A stretch of 41,302 nucleotides of DNA, from assembly GCA_043815885.1 (NCBI GenBank), contig JBDRIL010000061.1:1-41302 (forward strand), written 5' to 3'. Positions within the stretch are counted from its first letter, which is position 1. Every line of letters begins with the position of its first letter. Below, in pieces: positions 18,263 through 28,439 of this stretch. The notes under the pieces are model-generated. The model ran no database searches. It was not told the origin of the DNA and worked only from the letters and a program-made list of their open reading frames with translations. A program made the translations under genes and the position numbers. The stretch is from an archaeon (GTDB taxonomy: Archaea > Iainarchaeota > Iainarchaeia > Iainarchaeales > 1-14-0-10-31-34).

Positions 18263-19573
18263 ATGAAGATAGCGATTTTTTCAGACTTTCACTTGGGTTT
18301 TGGAGCAAGAACTGAAAGAAGGGAAGAAGCATTCAATAACGCAAAACAAGCAGTAGAATTAGCCAAGGAAATAAAACCTGACTTAATATTGCATGCAGGA
18401 GACCTCTTTGATTCAACCATTCCATCCAGTGAATCTCTTTACGAGGCAATAGAGTTATGCCATCTGCTTAAAGAGGGAAAATCAAAAGTAAAAATTCTTA
18501 AAGAAAACAAACCCATTCCATTTGAGGGAATTCCAGTTATTGCTATTTCTGGCACGCATGAATACAGGGGAAAGGACTACAAGAATGCATTGCAGTTATT
18601 AGAAAAAGCAGGTTGCCTGATTTATCTTCATGCATCTACTGCAGTAATAGAAAAGGAAGGAGAAAAAATCGCGGTTCATGGATTGAGCGGGATTCCGGAG
18701 CGAAAGGCACTTGATGTATTAAAGCTATGGAATCCTTCTCCATTAAAGGAAGCAAAAAACATTCTTCTATTCCATCAATCCATTAAAGAATTCCTTCCCT
18801 CAGACGATCCCATGAATGTAACCATTTCTTTGGAGGACCTTCCAAAAGAATTTGACTACTTTATTGACGGCCACTTACACTGGTTCAATGAAACAGAACT
18901 GGAGAAAGGAGCCCTTCTCATTCCTGGTTCAACAATTATAACCCAAATGAAGAAACTGGAATCAGAAAAAGAAAAAGGAATTATTTTATTGGATACTTCC
19001 TCCAATAAAACTGAATTCATTCCATTAAAGAACCAAAGAAAATTATTCTATGAAAAACTCTCCTTTGAAAATTCCTCACTGGAAGAAGTAAGAGAAAAAG
19101 CAAGAGCAAAAATTGAAGAATTCATGAAAGAAAATAAGCAGGAATTAATTCCTTTAATCCGCCTTAAACTGGTTGGAACCCTCTCCAAGGGGGTTAATCC
19201 AAGCGATCTGGAATTAACTGAATTGATTAAGGGCTTTGAGGGAAAAGCCATTTTTTCCATTGAAAAAGACTTTTCCATGATTTCATTCAAGAAAAAAATA
19301 AAGGAATTGCGGGAACTCCAGAAAAGCAAGCAATCAATTACTCTCTTAGGAATAAATTTACTGGAAAAAAATCTGGAAGCCACCAGCTTCAACAAAGCCT
19401 TTGACGTAAAACACGTATTTGATTTGCTCGCAGAAAACGAAACAGAAAAAGCAATGGAATTACTCTCAGAACCAAAAAAAGGAGAAAAAGAAACAGAAAA
19501 TAACGAAAATACTGCCTTTGAAAAAATCAGCAGCATAAAAAAAGAAGAACCAAAACTCAGCGATTACATTTAA
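18263..19573 (+). CDS. mre11: DNA repair nuclease Mre11 (SbcD family)
   Basis: SDFHLG, AGDLFD, ISGTHE, LLFHQ and DGHLH metallophosphoesterase motifs, PGS, capping domain. Confidence 0.85.
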   Translation: MKIAIFSDFHLGFGARTERREEAFNNAKQAVELAKEIKPDLILHAGDLFDSTIPSSESLYEAIELCHLLKEGKSKVKILKENKPIPFEGIPVIAISGTHEYRGKDYKNALQLLEKAGCLIYLHASTAVIEKEGEKIAVHGLSGIPERKALDVLKLWNPSPLKEAKNILLFHQSIKEFLPSDDPMNVTISLEDLPKEFDYFIDGHLHWFNETELEKGALLIPGSTIITQMKKLESEKEKGIILLDTSSNKTEFIPLKNQRKLFYEKLSFENSSLEEVREKARAKIEEFMKENKQELIPLIRLKLVGTLSKGVNPSDLELTELIKGFEGKAIFSIEKDFSMISFKKKIKELRELQKSKQSITLLGINLLEKNLEATSFNKAFDVKHVFDLLAENETEKAMELLSEPKKGEKETENNENTAFEKISSIKKEEPKLSDYI

Positions 19574-19581
19574 TCTTCTGT

Positions 19582-21546
19582 TTATTTTGCCTTCAATAAT
19601 CCTTCCAATGAATCAGGGTTGCTTAGAGTGGAAGTGTCCTTTATTTCTTCTCCTAATACCTTTGCCTTAATCAGCCTTCGCATGATTTTTCCACTTCTGG
19701 TTTTGGGAAGGTCATCCACAAACCATATTTCATCTGGGCGAGCAATCTTTCCGATTTCTTTTCCCACATGCTCTCTCAGTTCCTTCTTCAATTCATCACT
19801 TTCTTCAATTCCTTTCTTTAATACAACAAATCCAACCAAGCACTCTCCCTTTATTTCATGCTTTTTTCCGATTACTGCTGCCTCTGCCACTTTTGGGTGG
19901 CTTACTAAAGCAGATTCAACTTCTGCATTTCCAATCCTGTGGCCGGCAACATTCAGTACATCGTCACTCCTTCCCTGAATCCAGAAATAGCCGTCATCAT
20001 CAATCCTTCCCATGTCTCCAGTGAGGTAAACTCCTTTATACTCACTCCAATATGTTTTCATGTATCTCTCCGGGTTCTTCCAGAGGCCTCTAAGCATTGC
20101 AGGCCAGGGCTTCAGTAATACAACCTTGCCTCCGGCATTCCTTATTGGTTTTCTGTCCTTATTGAATACGTCTCCGGTAATTCCTGGAAATGGTTTAGTT
20201 GCTGAACCAGGCTTTAATGGAGTAATAGGCAAAGGGCTAATACAGAAATTGCCTGTCTCTGTCTGCCACCAGGTATCCATTATCTGGCATTTCTCTTTTC
20301 CAATATACTTGTAATACCACACCCATGCCTCTGGGTTGATTGGTTCTCCCACAGATCCAAGCAATCTCAAAGAACCTAAATCGTGTTTTTCCGGCCATTC
20401 CTCTCCTAGCTTCATAAACATTCTGATTACTGTAGGGGCAGTGTAAAGCAATGAAACCTTATACCTGTCAATTATGCCCCATATCCTGTCAGGCTGAGGA
20501 TAATCTGGAACGCCTTCATACATTACGCTTGTGGTTCCTAAAATAAGCGGGGCATAAACAATATAGCTGTGCCCAGTAATCCATCCAATATCAGCAGTGC
20601 ACCACCATATATCTTCCTTCTTTACATCAAAAACCCATTTTAAGGTAAGAGCTATCCCTACAGCATAACCTCCATGGCAATGCAGAACTCCTTTTGGTTT
20701 TCCTGTAGTCCCAGAGGTATAAAGAATAAATAAAGTATCATTTGCATCCATTGCTTCTGTCTTGCATTCCTCTTTCTCTCCATTAATTACTTCATTCCAC
20801 CATAAATCTCTCTTTTCATTCCAGGCAATCTTTTCTCCAATTCTCTTAAACACTATTACCTTTTTTACAGAAGGGGCTTCCTTTAATGCCTCATCTAACT
20901 GGCTCTTTAAATCAACTACTTTTCCTCTCCTGTAATACCCGTCACACGTAATTGCAATCTTTGATTCTGCATCATTCACCCTGCCCCTGAAAGCCTTTGC
21001 ACTGAAAGCAGAAAAAACAACTGAATGAATTGCTCCGATTTTTGCGCATGCAAGCATTGCAATAGGCAGTTCAGGAATCATTGGAAGATAAATGCTTACC
21101 CTGTCTCCCTTCTTCAACCCCAGTTTCTTCAATGCATTAGCCAGTTTATTTACCTGTACAGAGAGCTCCCTGAAAGTAATCTTTCTTACCTCTCCTGGTT
21201 CTCCTTCCCAGATATATGCAATCTTATCCTTGTTTTCATTCACTGCATGCCTGTCCAGTGCGTCTCTTACAATATTGTATTTCCCTCCAACAAACCATTT
21301 AGAGTAAGGCTCTTTCCATTCAAGTACGCTTTTGTATGGTTTGATCCAGTTCACTGTTTCTTTTGCTGCCTCTCCCCAAAACCATTCAATATCCCTGGCC
21401 TTCTCCAATAATTCATCATAGCTCTTTATTCCTTTCTCCTTCATCCACTTCATCACATTGCTCTCTTCCACCAACTCAATTGAAGGAGTGAAGATTCTTT
21501 TCTCTTTAAGCAAAACCTCTAATTCCCTGTCAATTCCTTCGTTCAT
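19582..21546 (-). CDS. acs: Acetate--CoA ligase (AMP-forming acetyl-CoA synthetase)
   Basis: [61 protein letters not shown]. Confidence 0.96.
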   Translation of the reverse strand: MNEGIDRELEVLLKEKRIFTPSIELVEESNVMKWMKEKGIKSYDELLEKARDIEWFWGEAAKETVNWIKPYKSVLEWKEPYSKWFVGGKYNIVRDALDRHAVNENKDKIAYIWEGEPGEVRKITFRELSVQVNKLANALKKLGLKKGDRVSIYLPMIPELPIAMLACAKIGAIHSVVFSAFSAKAFRGRVNDAESKIAITCDGYYRRGKVVDLKSQLDEALKEAPSVKKVIVFKRIGEKIAWNEKRDLWWNEVINGEKEECKTEAMDANDTLFILYTSGTTGKPKGVLHCHGGYAVGIALTLKWVFDVKKEDIWWCTADIGWITGHSYIVYAPLILGTTSVMYEGVPDYPQPDRIWGIIDRYKVSLLYTAPTVIRMFMKLGEEWPEKHDLGSLRLLGSVGEPINPEAWVWYYKYIGKEKCQIMDTWWQTETGNFCISPLPITPLKPGSATKPFPGITGDVFNKDRKPIRNAGGKVVLLKPWPAMLRGLWKNPERYMKTYWSEYKGVYLTGDMGRIDDDGYFWIQGRSDDVLNVAGHRIGNAEVESALVSHPKVAEAAVIGKKHEIKGECLVGFVVLKKGIEESDELKKELREHVGKEIGKIARPDEIWFVDDLPKTRSGKIMRRLIKAKVLGEEIKDTSTLSNPDSLEGLLKAK

Positions 21547-21854
21547 GACTGATTCCTTCTAACCTTTATTTCTCTTCCCAAAAACACAAAAACACATGCC
21601 AGTAGATACCATATAATTAAATTAATAAAAAAGTTTGCCCATGAAAGACTCATTCCTTCCATACAGCCCCATATCCCAAGACAGTAAATCCTTCCAACAG
21701 GATAAAACTCTAAAGGCCATCCCACAAGAATCATTCCAAATAAAGCAAAAGTTTTCTTAATCAGGAAATAATTTACTGCAGCAAAAACCAGGAAAACCAA
21801 AACCTTGAATAAACCCGGCTTAAAAAAATTCTTCCAGTCCATTCTTTCACTCAA
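21543..21854 (-). CDS. Small membrane protein, translationally coupled to acs
   Basis: Hydrophobic segments, GWP motif and a Cys pair; stop overlaps the acs start (ATGA). Confidence 0.65.
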   Translation of the reverse strand: MSERMDWKNFFKPGLFKVLVFLVFAAVNYFLIKKTFALFGMILVGWPLEFYPVGRIYCLGIWGCMEGMSLSWANFFINLIIWYLLACVFVFLGREIKVRRNQS

Positions 21855-22202
21855 TTAACCTTCTTTCAGGAACCTCTTCCAAACCCCAATCTCGAGTTCT
21901 TCCTTCAGATAATTACTGTATTCCTTGTTCAGTTTATCAACTTTGAATGCAATAATGCATGGTTTGGTGTAGGAATGCAGTTTCCTTATTCTTTCCACTA
22001 CCCTCTTGTGATTCTTTTCAATTGTCTTTGCAATCATTACTACTTCCCTGTCTTCCTCTATTTTCCCTTTCCACCAGTACATTGAATCGATTGGAAAGAA
22101 GTTCGCACAAGCAATCAAGCTCCTCTTCAATAAATCCCTTGCGATCTTTTTCGCTTCCTTCAAATCCTGGCACGGAACATAAAACAACAGCATTTTAGGC
22201 AT
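21855..22202 (-). CDS. cutA: Divalent-cation tolerance protein CutA
   Basis: EAKKIA..LL..LIACAN, SMYWWKGKIE, E..MIAKT, LHSY..PCII; SD GGAGGT before the ATG at 22202. Confidence 0.92.
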   Translation of the reverse strand: MPKMLLFYVPCQDLKEAKKIARDLLKRSLIACANFFPIDSMYWWKGKIEEDREVVMIAKTIEKNHKRVVERIRKLHSYTKPCIIAFKVDKLNKEYSNYLKEELEIGVWKRFLKEG

Positions 22203-22320
22203 TAAATGATTACCTCCAAAAACAAACAATTACAATAAAGAAAGAAAGAAGTATAAATAAATTGCTGTTTTCCTGAAAAAACAAAAGCCTTTTATTTAGG
22301 AATTCCATTATTATTTTATT

Positions 22321-22986
22321 ATGTGGACTGCAAAGATGAAGTTCTGGCATGCTTATTCATTGGTTATTAATAGGGCAAAGAAATTTAACCTAACTATCCT
22401 GGCTTTTCCGATGAATACCTATGTAAAGGGAAAGAAGGCGCATTTAACTACCGGGCACTTGGTGATTGGAGAGGAAAAAGCAAAACAAGCCTACTTTGAT
22501 TCACTGAAAAAAGACAAGAGAATAAAGAATTTAGAGATTGAAGGAGACTTTGCTGCTTACTCCTTTGAAGCCTCAATGAAAGAAAGCCATCTGCAGATGT
22601 ATTTCACTCCAGAAATAATGTTCATTAAACCAGTCGTAATAAAGCCAGACGGATTTGAGTACATAGAGATTGCTTCCTGGAACAAGGAAAACCTGACTAA
22701 CTTCTTCAAAAAGGTAAAGAAATGGCTGAAGATTGAATCCTTTAGCATTAAAAATGAAAAAATAACTGATATTTACATTCCTCACTTAATGCCAAAACTC
22801 ACAGAAAAACAAAAGAAAGCAGTTCTCTTGGCTTTTCAGAACGGCTACTACGATTACCCAAAAAAAGTAAATATAGGAAAACTAGCAAAGGCAATGAAGC
22901 TTTCCCCCTCTACTTTTCAGGAGCATTTAAGGAGAGCAGAAGAAAAACTAATGCCTTTCCTGCTTGAAAACCTTCTCTCACGATAA
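22321..22986 (+). CDS. HTH_10 (bacterio-opsin activator-type C-terminal HTH) transcriptional regulator
   Basis: C-terminal LTEKQKKAVLLAFQNGYYDYPKKV..LAKAMKLSPSTFQEHLRRAEEKL is the HTH_10 signature. Probably leaderless (TATA-like TTTTATTT about 30 nt upstream). Confidence 0.9.
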   Translation: MWTAKMKFWHAYSLVINRAKKFNLTILAFPMNTYVKGKKAHLTTGHLVIGEEKAKQAYFDSLKKDKRIKNLEIEGDFAAYSFEASMKESHLQMYFTPEIMFIKPVVIKPDGFEYIEIASWNKENLTNFFKKVKKWLKIESFSIKNEKITDIYIPHLMPKLTEKQKKAVLLAFQNGYYDYPKKVNIGKLAKAMKLSPSTFQEHLRRAEEKLMPFLLENLLSR

Positions 22987-22993
22987 GCTAAAA

Positions 22994-23028
22994 TACCCCG
23001 TTATTCATCGGGTAAATTTCTTTAAATA
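22994..23028 (+). promoter_or_regulatory. Palindromic operator TACCC-N11-GGGTA immediately upstream of TATA box TTTAAATA
   Basis: TACCC (22994-22998), GGGTA (23010-23014), TATA at 23021-23028; directly downstream of the HTH_10 gene. Confidence 0.6.
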
Positions 23029-23090
23029 CCAAAGCCCCCAATTATATTAACAAGTTAACTCAAACGAGTTAATTTGTCGGTGGGGAAATA

Positions 23091-23432
23091 ATGGCAGCTC
23101 CTTTGAAGCTTGTTGAAGCAAAAAACATTGAACTTACAGTTGAACCAGATAAACTACAGTACCAGACAAGGAAAGAACTAGGAAGAGAGTACTTTAAATG
23201 GCTTGCAAGAATAGAAGGCCTTAAAGCAAAGTACTATGGTTTTGTTGCAATTGACGCATTAGTTTTATTTGCCGCATTCATAATTGATTTATCACTAATG
23301 TTTGCACTTATTGTGCTTATTCCAATGACTTTAAAGGCACAGTTTGATTATGGAGACAAGCTTGATGACAAACAAATTTGGGAAGGAAAATATGTTACAA
23401 GGGTTGACTGCTTTGAGTCAAGCCCTGAATAA
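23091..23432 (+). CDS. Small membrane protein A (paralog of 23452-23838)
   Basis: Hydrophobic hairpin; shares P..LQ..R..GR.YFK and KA.F.Y...K.V.R.D with the next ORF; SD GGTGGGG. Confidence 0.75.
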   Translation: MAAPLKLVEAKNIELTVEPDKLQYQTRKELGREYFKWLARIEGLKAKYYGFVAIDALVLFAAFIIDLSLMFALIVLIPMTLKAQFDYGDKLDDKQIWEGKYVTRVDCFESSPE

Positions 23433-23451
23433 ATAGGAGGTGAATCTATAA

Positions 23452-23838
23452 ATGGCCTACGTGATGATTCATGGAGAAACCACCGATATTAACTTTGACC
23501 CAAAACAGCTTCAGAGATGGAAGAGGGATAAAGTTGGAAGAGACTACTTTAAAATGAAGTCCACTGAGTTATTCAGATGGATTGTGTTCTGGATAATTCT
23601 AGCAGGATTTGCCTTTTTTGCATTGCTTTCCTTTGCTGAAACAGCATTTATGATTCCTGCCATTATATTGTTTTTTGCCATGGTTAAGGCTCATTTCTGG
23701 TATTTGAAGGCGTGGAGTAAATGGAACAAATTTGCAAGAAAAAGTGTAGTGAGAATGGATCTCCCGAAAGAGGACAGGGTGATCGTTCCTCCAAAAATGC
23801 CTTGGGTTCCCTTAAAGGGAGTAAGAAAAGGATTATAG
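23452..23838 (+). CDS. Small membrane protein B (paralog of 23091-23432)
   Basis: Strong SD GGAGGTGA; hydrophobic hairpin; motifs shared with the previous ORF. Confidence 0.8.
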   Translation: MAYVMIHGETTDINFDPKQLQRWKRDKVGRDYFKMKSTELFRWIVFWIILAGFAFFALLSFAETAFMIPAIILFFAMVKAHFWYLKAWSKWNKFARKSVVRMDLPKEDRVIVPPKMPWVPLKGVRKGL

Positions 23839-23864
23839 TAAAGGATTCAGTCTTTCAGGTAAAG

Positions 23865-23880
23865 GCAAAACCTTTATTTA
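23865..23880 (+). promoter_or_regulatory. Possible internal BRE/TATA promoter for the phospho-His gene array
   Basis: GCAAAACC-TTTATTTA (TATA-like 23873-23880), similar in style to the promoter before 22321. Confidence 0.4.
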
Positions 23881-23933
23881 TCCCAAGGCCTTATATTCAA
23901 AGTATTGGATAGTTATAGTTAGGTTGAATTAAA

Positions 23934-25451
23934 ATGAAGCTAAGCGTTCTCGCGAAAGATATAGGTTCCCCTTTAATGCATCCGGCTGCTTATGCTATAG
24001 GAGAAAACCATTCAAAACTGGAAAAACTGCTTGGAATCAAGATTGCAAAAAGCTTTGAACAGTACAGGAACAGGGACCTAAGGTTTCTTTTCACTGAAAA
24101 AGCATTCTTAAGGGAAGAAAAAAGAACAGCGCAGTTATTGCAGAGCAAGGCATTCTTCAATAAAGTGGAAAAAAATAGCCTTCACTCAATTAATAATTTA
24201 TTGGCTGAAGCAATGAAAGCAGGAAAAAATCCAGAAAGACTCTCAAACAAGCAGATTGCAACTCAATTCAATAAATTATTTAATTCATGGATTGAAATGA
24301 ATTTCTGGGGCCATGTGGTAAATCTTTCTGATTTCCACTTCAATGTATTAAGCGATAAATTAATCAATGCACTTGAAGAAATAAAGAAAGAAAAAAACAT
24401 TAAGCTTTCAGTTGGAAAGACTTTCTCTAAATTAATAGTAATGAAGAAAAAAACAGAAATCCAGAAACAGGACATTAATTTCTTTAAACTCCTTTCCATG
24501 ATTCAAAAAAACCAGGAATCCATTGATTTATTTAAATCAGGCTTGAATGAAATACAATCCAAATTAAAGCATTTCCCAAAAATAGAAAAGGCAATAAAAA
24601 GCCACACAAAAAAATACGACTGGATGCAGTATCATTATGATAGCCAAATAATCCTTGATGAAAACCATTTCATTGAACTGTTCTCTGGTAATGTAAAGAA
24701 GGGATTGAAGGGAGAAAAGAAATTAAGGGAATTCAGGGAACACGATAAAAAATCCTTGAGTGAAAGAAAAAAATTGATTAAAGAACTTGAACTGGATAAG
24801 GAATTTCTTTACTGGCTGGAAGTTGCCCAGAGCTTTATGTACTTAAAGGCCTTAAGAAAAGAAGTATCCTTCCAATCAAACAGGCTTGCCCATCCACTTA
24901 TTTGCGAAACATCCAAAAGGCTTTCAATAAGCCCAACCCAGTTAAGGCATTTAACTATAGAGGAATTAATTGAAGCCTTGGAGAAGAATAAAGTAAATGT
25001 TAATTTATTGAATGAAAGGATTAAGCACTGCATTGTTTCAGCCGAAAAAGACAGGCTGGTTATTATTTCAGGAGATAAAGCAGAAAAATTCAGCAAGAAA
25101 ATCAAGGGAACTGTGTTAAAAAGAATAAATGAAATCTACGGTACAGTAGCCTACCCTGGTTTTACTCAGGGAATTATAAAAATAATTGAAAAACCCGAAG
25201 ACATGGCTAAAATGAATAAAAAAGACATTCTTGTTTCTTCTGCCACAAACCCCAACCTTCTTCCAGCAATAAGGAAGGCAGCAGCAATAATTACAGATGA
25301 AGGAGGAATCACCTGCCATGCAGCAATTGTAAGCAGGGAATTAAAAATCCCCTGTGTAATTGGCACAAAGATTGCAACAGAAGTCCTTAAGGATGGTTCA
25401 TTGGTTGAAGTGAACGCAACCCATGGAAAAATAAAAATATTAAAAAAGTGA
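23934..25451 (+). CDS. Dikinase substrate-binding + phospho-His swivel subunit, paralog 1
   Basis: About 390-aa helical N-region plus C-terminal PEP-utilizer mobile domain: TNP..AAAIITDEGGITCHAAIVSRELKIPCVIGT. Confidence 0.85.
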   Translation: MKLSVLAKDIGSPLMHPAAYAIGENHSKLEKLLGIKIAKSFEQYRNRDLRFLFTEKAFLREEKRTAQLLQSKAFFNKVEKNSLHSINNLLAEAMKAGKNPERLSNKQIATQFNKLFNSWIEMNFWGHVVNLSDFHFNVLSDKLINALEEIKKEKNIKLSVGKTFSKLIVMKKKTEIQKQDINFFKLLSMIQKNQESIDLFKSGLNEIQSKLKHFPKIEKAIKSHTKKYDWMQYHYDSQIILDENHFIELFSGNVKKGLKGEKKLREFREHDKKSLSERKKLIKELELDKEFLYWLEVAQSFMYLKALRKEVSFQSNRLAHPLICETSKRLSISPTQLRHLTIEELIEALEKNKVNVNLLNERIKHCIVSAEKDRLVIISGDKAEKFSKKIKGTVLKRINEIYGTVAYPGFTQGIIKIIEKPEDMAKMNKKDILVSSATNPNLLPAIRKAAAIITDEGGITCHAAIVSRELKIPCVIGTKIATEVLKDGSLVEVNATHGKIKILKK

Positions 25452-26980
25452 CTCTTATGAAATGGGTTAAAATAAATGAAGACCACAATGTATATGTTTT
25501 TCCTTATTATTTGTTCGCGAGATGCTGGGGAAAGAGAATAAAGCCAATGCTGGGGGAGAACTATGACAACATTCAATTGGTTTTTAAGGGTTCAACCTGC
25601 TGGTACTACGGAGAACCAACCCAATATGAAAGGTTAGGAAAGAAGGTTTTCGAAAAAATACTGAAAGAAAAATTCGATTATAAATTCGATGCAGAGACAA
25701 GAAAGCACTTGGAAAAAGTAATAAAAAAATCTGATTCTCTCTTAAAGACTGACTTCAGCAAAAAAAGCAATAACGAATTGGGAAGAATTTATTTAGATTT
25801 CTCTAATTTAATTGAGGAATTAAATTCCTGGGGGCAGATGGTAAGCATAATGGAGTATGGCCATAACAACTTTGTTTCAGGCGGTTTGGAAGAATACCTG
25901 GCAGAACAGGCAAAGAAACTGGATTTAAGCACTTCTTTCGCTAAAGACACATCTGTAATGATCACCCCCACAGAAGAAACCTTTATGAGAAAGGAAAGAA
26001 GGGAAATTCTGGATTTAGCCAAAAAAATTTCTTCCAGAAACAATGCATTCAATGAATTCACTAAAAAACCGGAAGAAATACTGAAGAACCTAAAAAAATA
26101 CCCTAGAATAAAGAAAAAAATCGAAGAAATAAACAAGAAGTATTGCTGGATTGCTTTTGGTTACATTGGTCCAGCATTAACTGAAATCAATTTCATCAGA
26201 GAACTCCAATCAGTTCTTGCCTCAAAGAAAACCGTTGCAGAACAGAAAAAAGAATTTGAGAATGAATTCAAGGAGATAGAATCTCTTCAGCATGAATTAG
26301 AAGAAGGGTACAAGGTAAATAAGGAATTCAGGAGAAGGTTTGAGGTTGCAAGAAAATGCATGTTCTTGAAGGAATACAGGAAACAGGGATTATTCAAAGC
26401 CTTTTATTCCCTGGAAAAACCCCAGAAAGAAATTGCAAGGAGATTATCCATTTCATTGGAACAACTCAGAACCCTTCTTCCGGAAGAAGCATTTGAAGCA
26501 TTAAAGAAAGGAAAAATTTCTGCAAGTGAATTGAATTCAAGGCTGAATCTGTGTGTTTTTGTGGTTAAAAATGGAAATACCTTTGTTGCTTCGGGAAAAA
26601 AGGCAGAAAAACTGGCAAACAAATTCCTAAGCGAACAGAAAAAATTTGCAAAAATAAAGGAATTAAAAGGCAATTGTGCTTCTCCAGGAAACGCAATAGG
26701 AAAAGCAAAAATCGTTCTAGGAACTTCTCACCTCTACAAACTAAAACAAGGAGACATTCTTGTATCAATCCAGACAAACCCGCAAATGGTTCCCTCTCTT
26801 AAAAAGGTTGCAGCCATTGTAACAGATCAGGGAGGAATAATCTGCCATGCAGCAATAATCAGCAGGGAACTAAAGATTCCCTGTGTAATCGGAACCAAAG
26901 TAGCCACAAGCGTAATAAAGGACAACCAGATTGTAGAGGTAAATGCAACTGACGGAATCGTAAAGGTACTGAGGAAGTGA
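25448..26980 (+). CDS. Dikinase substrate-binding + phospho-His swivel subunit, paralog 2
   Basis: TDQGGIICHAAIISRELKIPCVIGT; GTGA overlap with paralog 1 (alternative ATG at 25457). Confidence 0.85.
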   Translation: MTLMKWVKINEDHNVYVFPYYLFARCWGKRIKPMLGENYDNIQLVFKGSTCWYYGEPTQYERLGKKVFEKILKEKFDYKFDAETRKHLEKVIKKSDSLLKTDFSKKSNNELGRIYLDFSNLIEELNSWGQMVSIMEYGHNNFVSGGLEEYLAEQAKKLDLSTSFAKDTSVMITPTEETFMRKERREILDLAKKISSRNNAFNEFTKKPEEILKNLKKYPRIKKKIEEINKKYCWIAFGYIGPALTEINFIRELQSVLASKKTVAEQKKEFENEFKEIESLQHELEEGYKVNKEFRRRFEVARKCMFLKEYRKQGLFKAFYSLEKPQKEIARRLSISLEQLRTLLPEEAFEALKKGKISASELNSRLNLCVFVVKNGNTFVASGKKAEKLANKFLSEQKKFAKIKELKGNCASPGNAIGKAKIVLGTSHLYKLKQGDILVSIQTNPQMVPSLKKVAAIVTDQGGIICHAAIISRELKIPCVIGTKVATSVIKDNQIVEVNATDGIVKVLRK

Positions 26981-26987
26981 AAGAAAA

Positions 26988-28439
26988 ATGGAATGGATTG
27001 AATTAACCAGAAAGGGGAAACCACTTCCTATATTATTGATTGATGCAGCAGCAATGGGCTTCAATAACCATTTCTCAGAATTCCACGACAAAAAAACCAG
27101 AATAACTAATTTCAGGCAGGCATTTGGAGCAAGGTGGATGCCAAAAAAAGACTGGAATAATTACGTAAGGGTTTACAGAGCGAACGAAGACAAGATTATT
27201 TTTTGGATGGATTTATGGCTAAAGCAATTCCTTGAATTAAAGAGATTCACTGAAAAAGTAAACAAAATGAATTTAACAAATAAATCCAGCAATCAATTGA
27301 AGCAGTTATTCAAAAAATACTTTGAATTGAATTCTAAGGCGTGTTCTTTTGCATACGATTACAGGGCGGTGGGGGAAGTCTATCCGGAAAAAATAAATTC
27401 ATTCCTGAAAGAAAAAGCAAAAGACTCTAAGGAATTGAATGAGTGCATTAAAACAATCTTCTCTTTGGATAAACCAATTGAAATGCACAGAGAAAAAATG
27501 AATTTACTGAAGATTGCAATAAAATCAAAGAGAGTAATGCTTAAAGGCAAAGGAATTGAAAATGCATTGGAAAACCATTCCAAAAGATTCGGTTTTTTGG
27601 GGACGTATATTTTTTACGGGGAACCAATTGAAGCAAAGGATTTTAAGAAAAAATTAAAGAACTTGGCTAAAAAACCTCTCTCCAAATTAGAAAAAGATCG
27701 GCTCAAGGAAAAGAACCGCTTTAAGGAAAACAAAAAAGAAACAAAGGAAATAATTAAAAAATTCAGGCTCTCAAAAAGCGAGGCAAGAAAGATAAGAGAC
27801 ATTAAGGTTTCACTTCACACTTCAATGATCTGCGATGAATACTATACCTACACTTCTTTCAAGATAAGGCCATTGCTTTTTGAAATAGGAAAACGCTTCA
27901 GCCTTTCATATAACCAATTAATTGAAATGAGGAATGAAGAAATTCTTTCCTTGTTTGAACGCAAGCTGAATAAAAGGGAATTAAATGAAATTAATTCCAG
28001 ATTCAAGGATGCTGCAATAATCCTTGAAAAAGGGAAAACCAAAGTCATTACAGGAAAAGAGCTTGAATTGTACTCCAAACCTTATCTAGCTGAAATGAAA
28101 AAAATAAAGGGATTAAATGAAATTAAAGGGGAAACAGCTTTTCCGGGAAAAGTAAAGGGAAGGGTAAACATTATTGGAAGAGTCACAGACCTTCCCTCAT
28201 TCAGGAAAGGAAATATTCTGGTTACTGGGTCTACTCTCCCCCAGTATGTTCCTGCAATGAAGAAAGCATTGGCTATAATTACAGACGAGGGGGGAATGCT
28301 GAGCCATGCAGCAATAATGAGCAGGGAATTCAAAAAACCCTGCATAATAGGGACAAAAATTGCAACAAGAGTATTGAGAAATGGAGATTTTATTGAGGTA
28401 AATGCTTCTGGAGGAATTGTCAGGAGGATAAACAAATGA
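26988..28439 (+). CDS. Dikinase substrate-binding + phospho-His swivel subunit, paralog 3 (most divergent)
   Basis: TDEGGMLSHAAIMSREFKKPCIIGT; 483 aa. Confidence 0.85.
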   Translation: MEWIELTRKGKPLPILLIDAAAMGFNNHFSEFHDKKTRITNFRQAFGARWMPKKDWNNYVRVYRANEDKIIFWMDLWLKQFLELKRFTEKVNKMNLTNKSSNQLKQLFKKYFELNSKACSFAYDYRAVGEVYPEKINSFLKEKAKDSKELNECIKTIFSLDKPIEMHREKMNLLKIAIKSKRVMLKGKGIENALENHSKRFGFLGTYIFYGEPIEAKDFKKKLKNLAKKPLSKLEKDRLKEKNRFKENKKETKEIIKKFRLSKSEARKIRDIKVSLHTSMICDEYYTYTSFKIRPLLFEIGKRFSLSYNQLIEMRNEEILSLFERKLNKRELNEINSRFKDAAIILEKGKTKVITGKELELYSKPYLAEMKKIKGLNEIKGETAFPGKVKGRVNIIGRVTDLPSFRKGNILVTGSTLPQYVPAMKKALAIITDEGGMLSHAAIMSREFKKPCIIGTKIATRVLRNGDFIEVNASGGIVRRINK

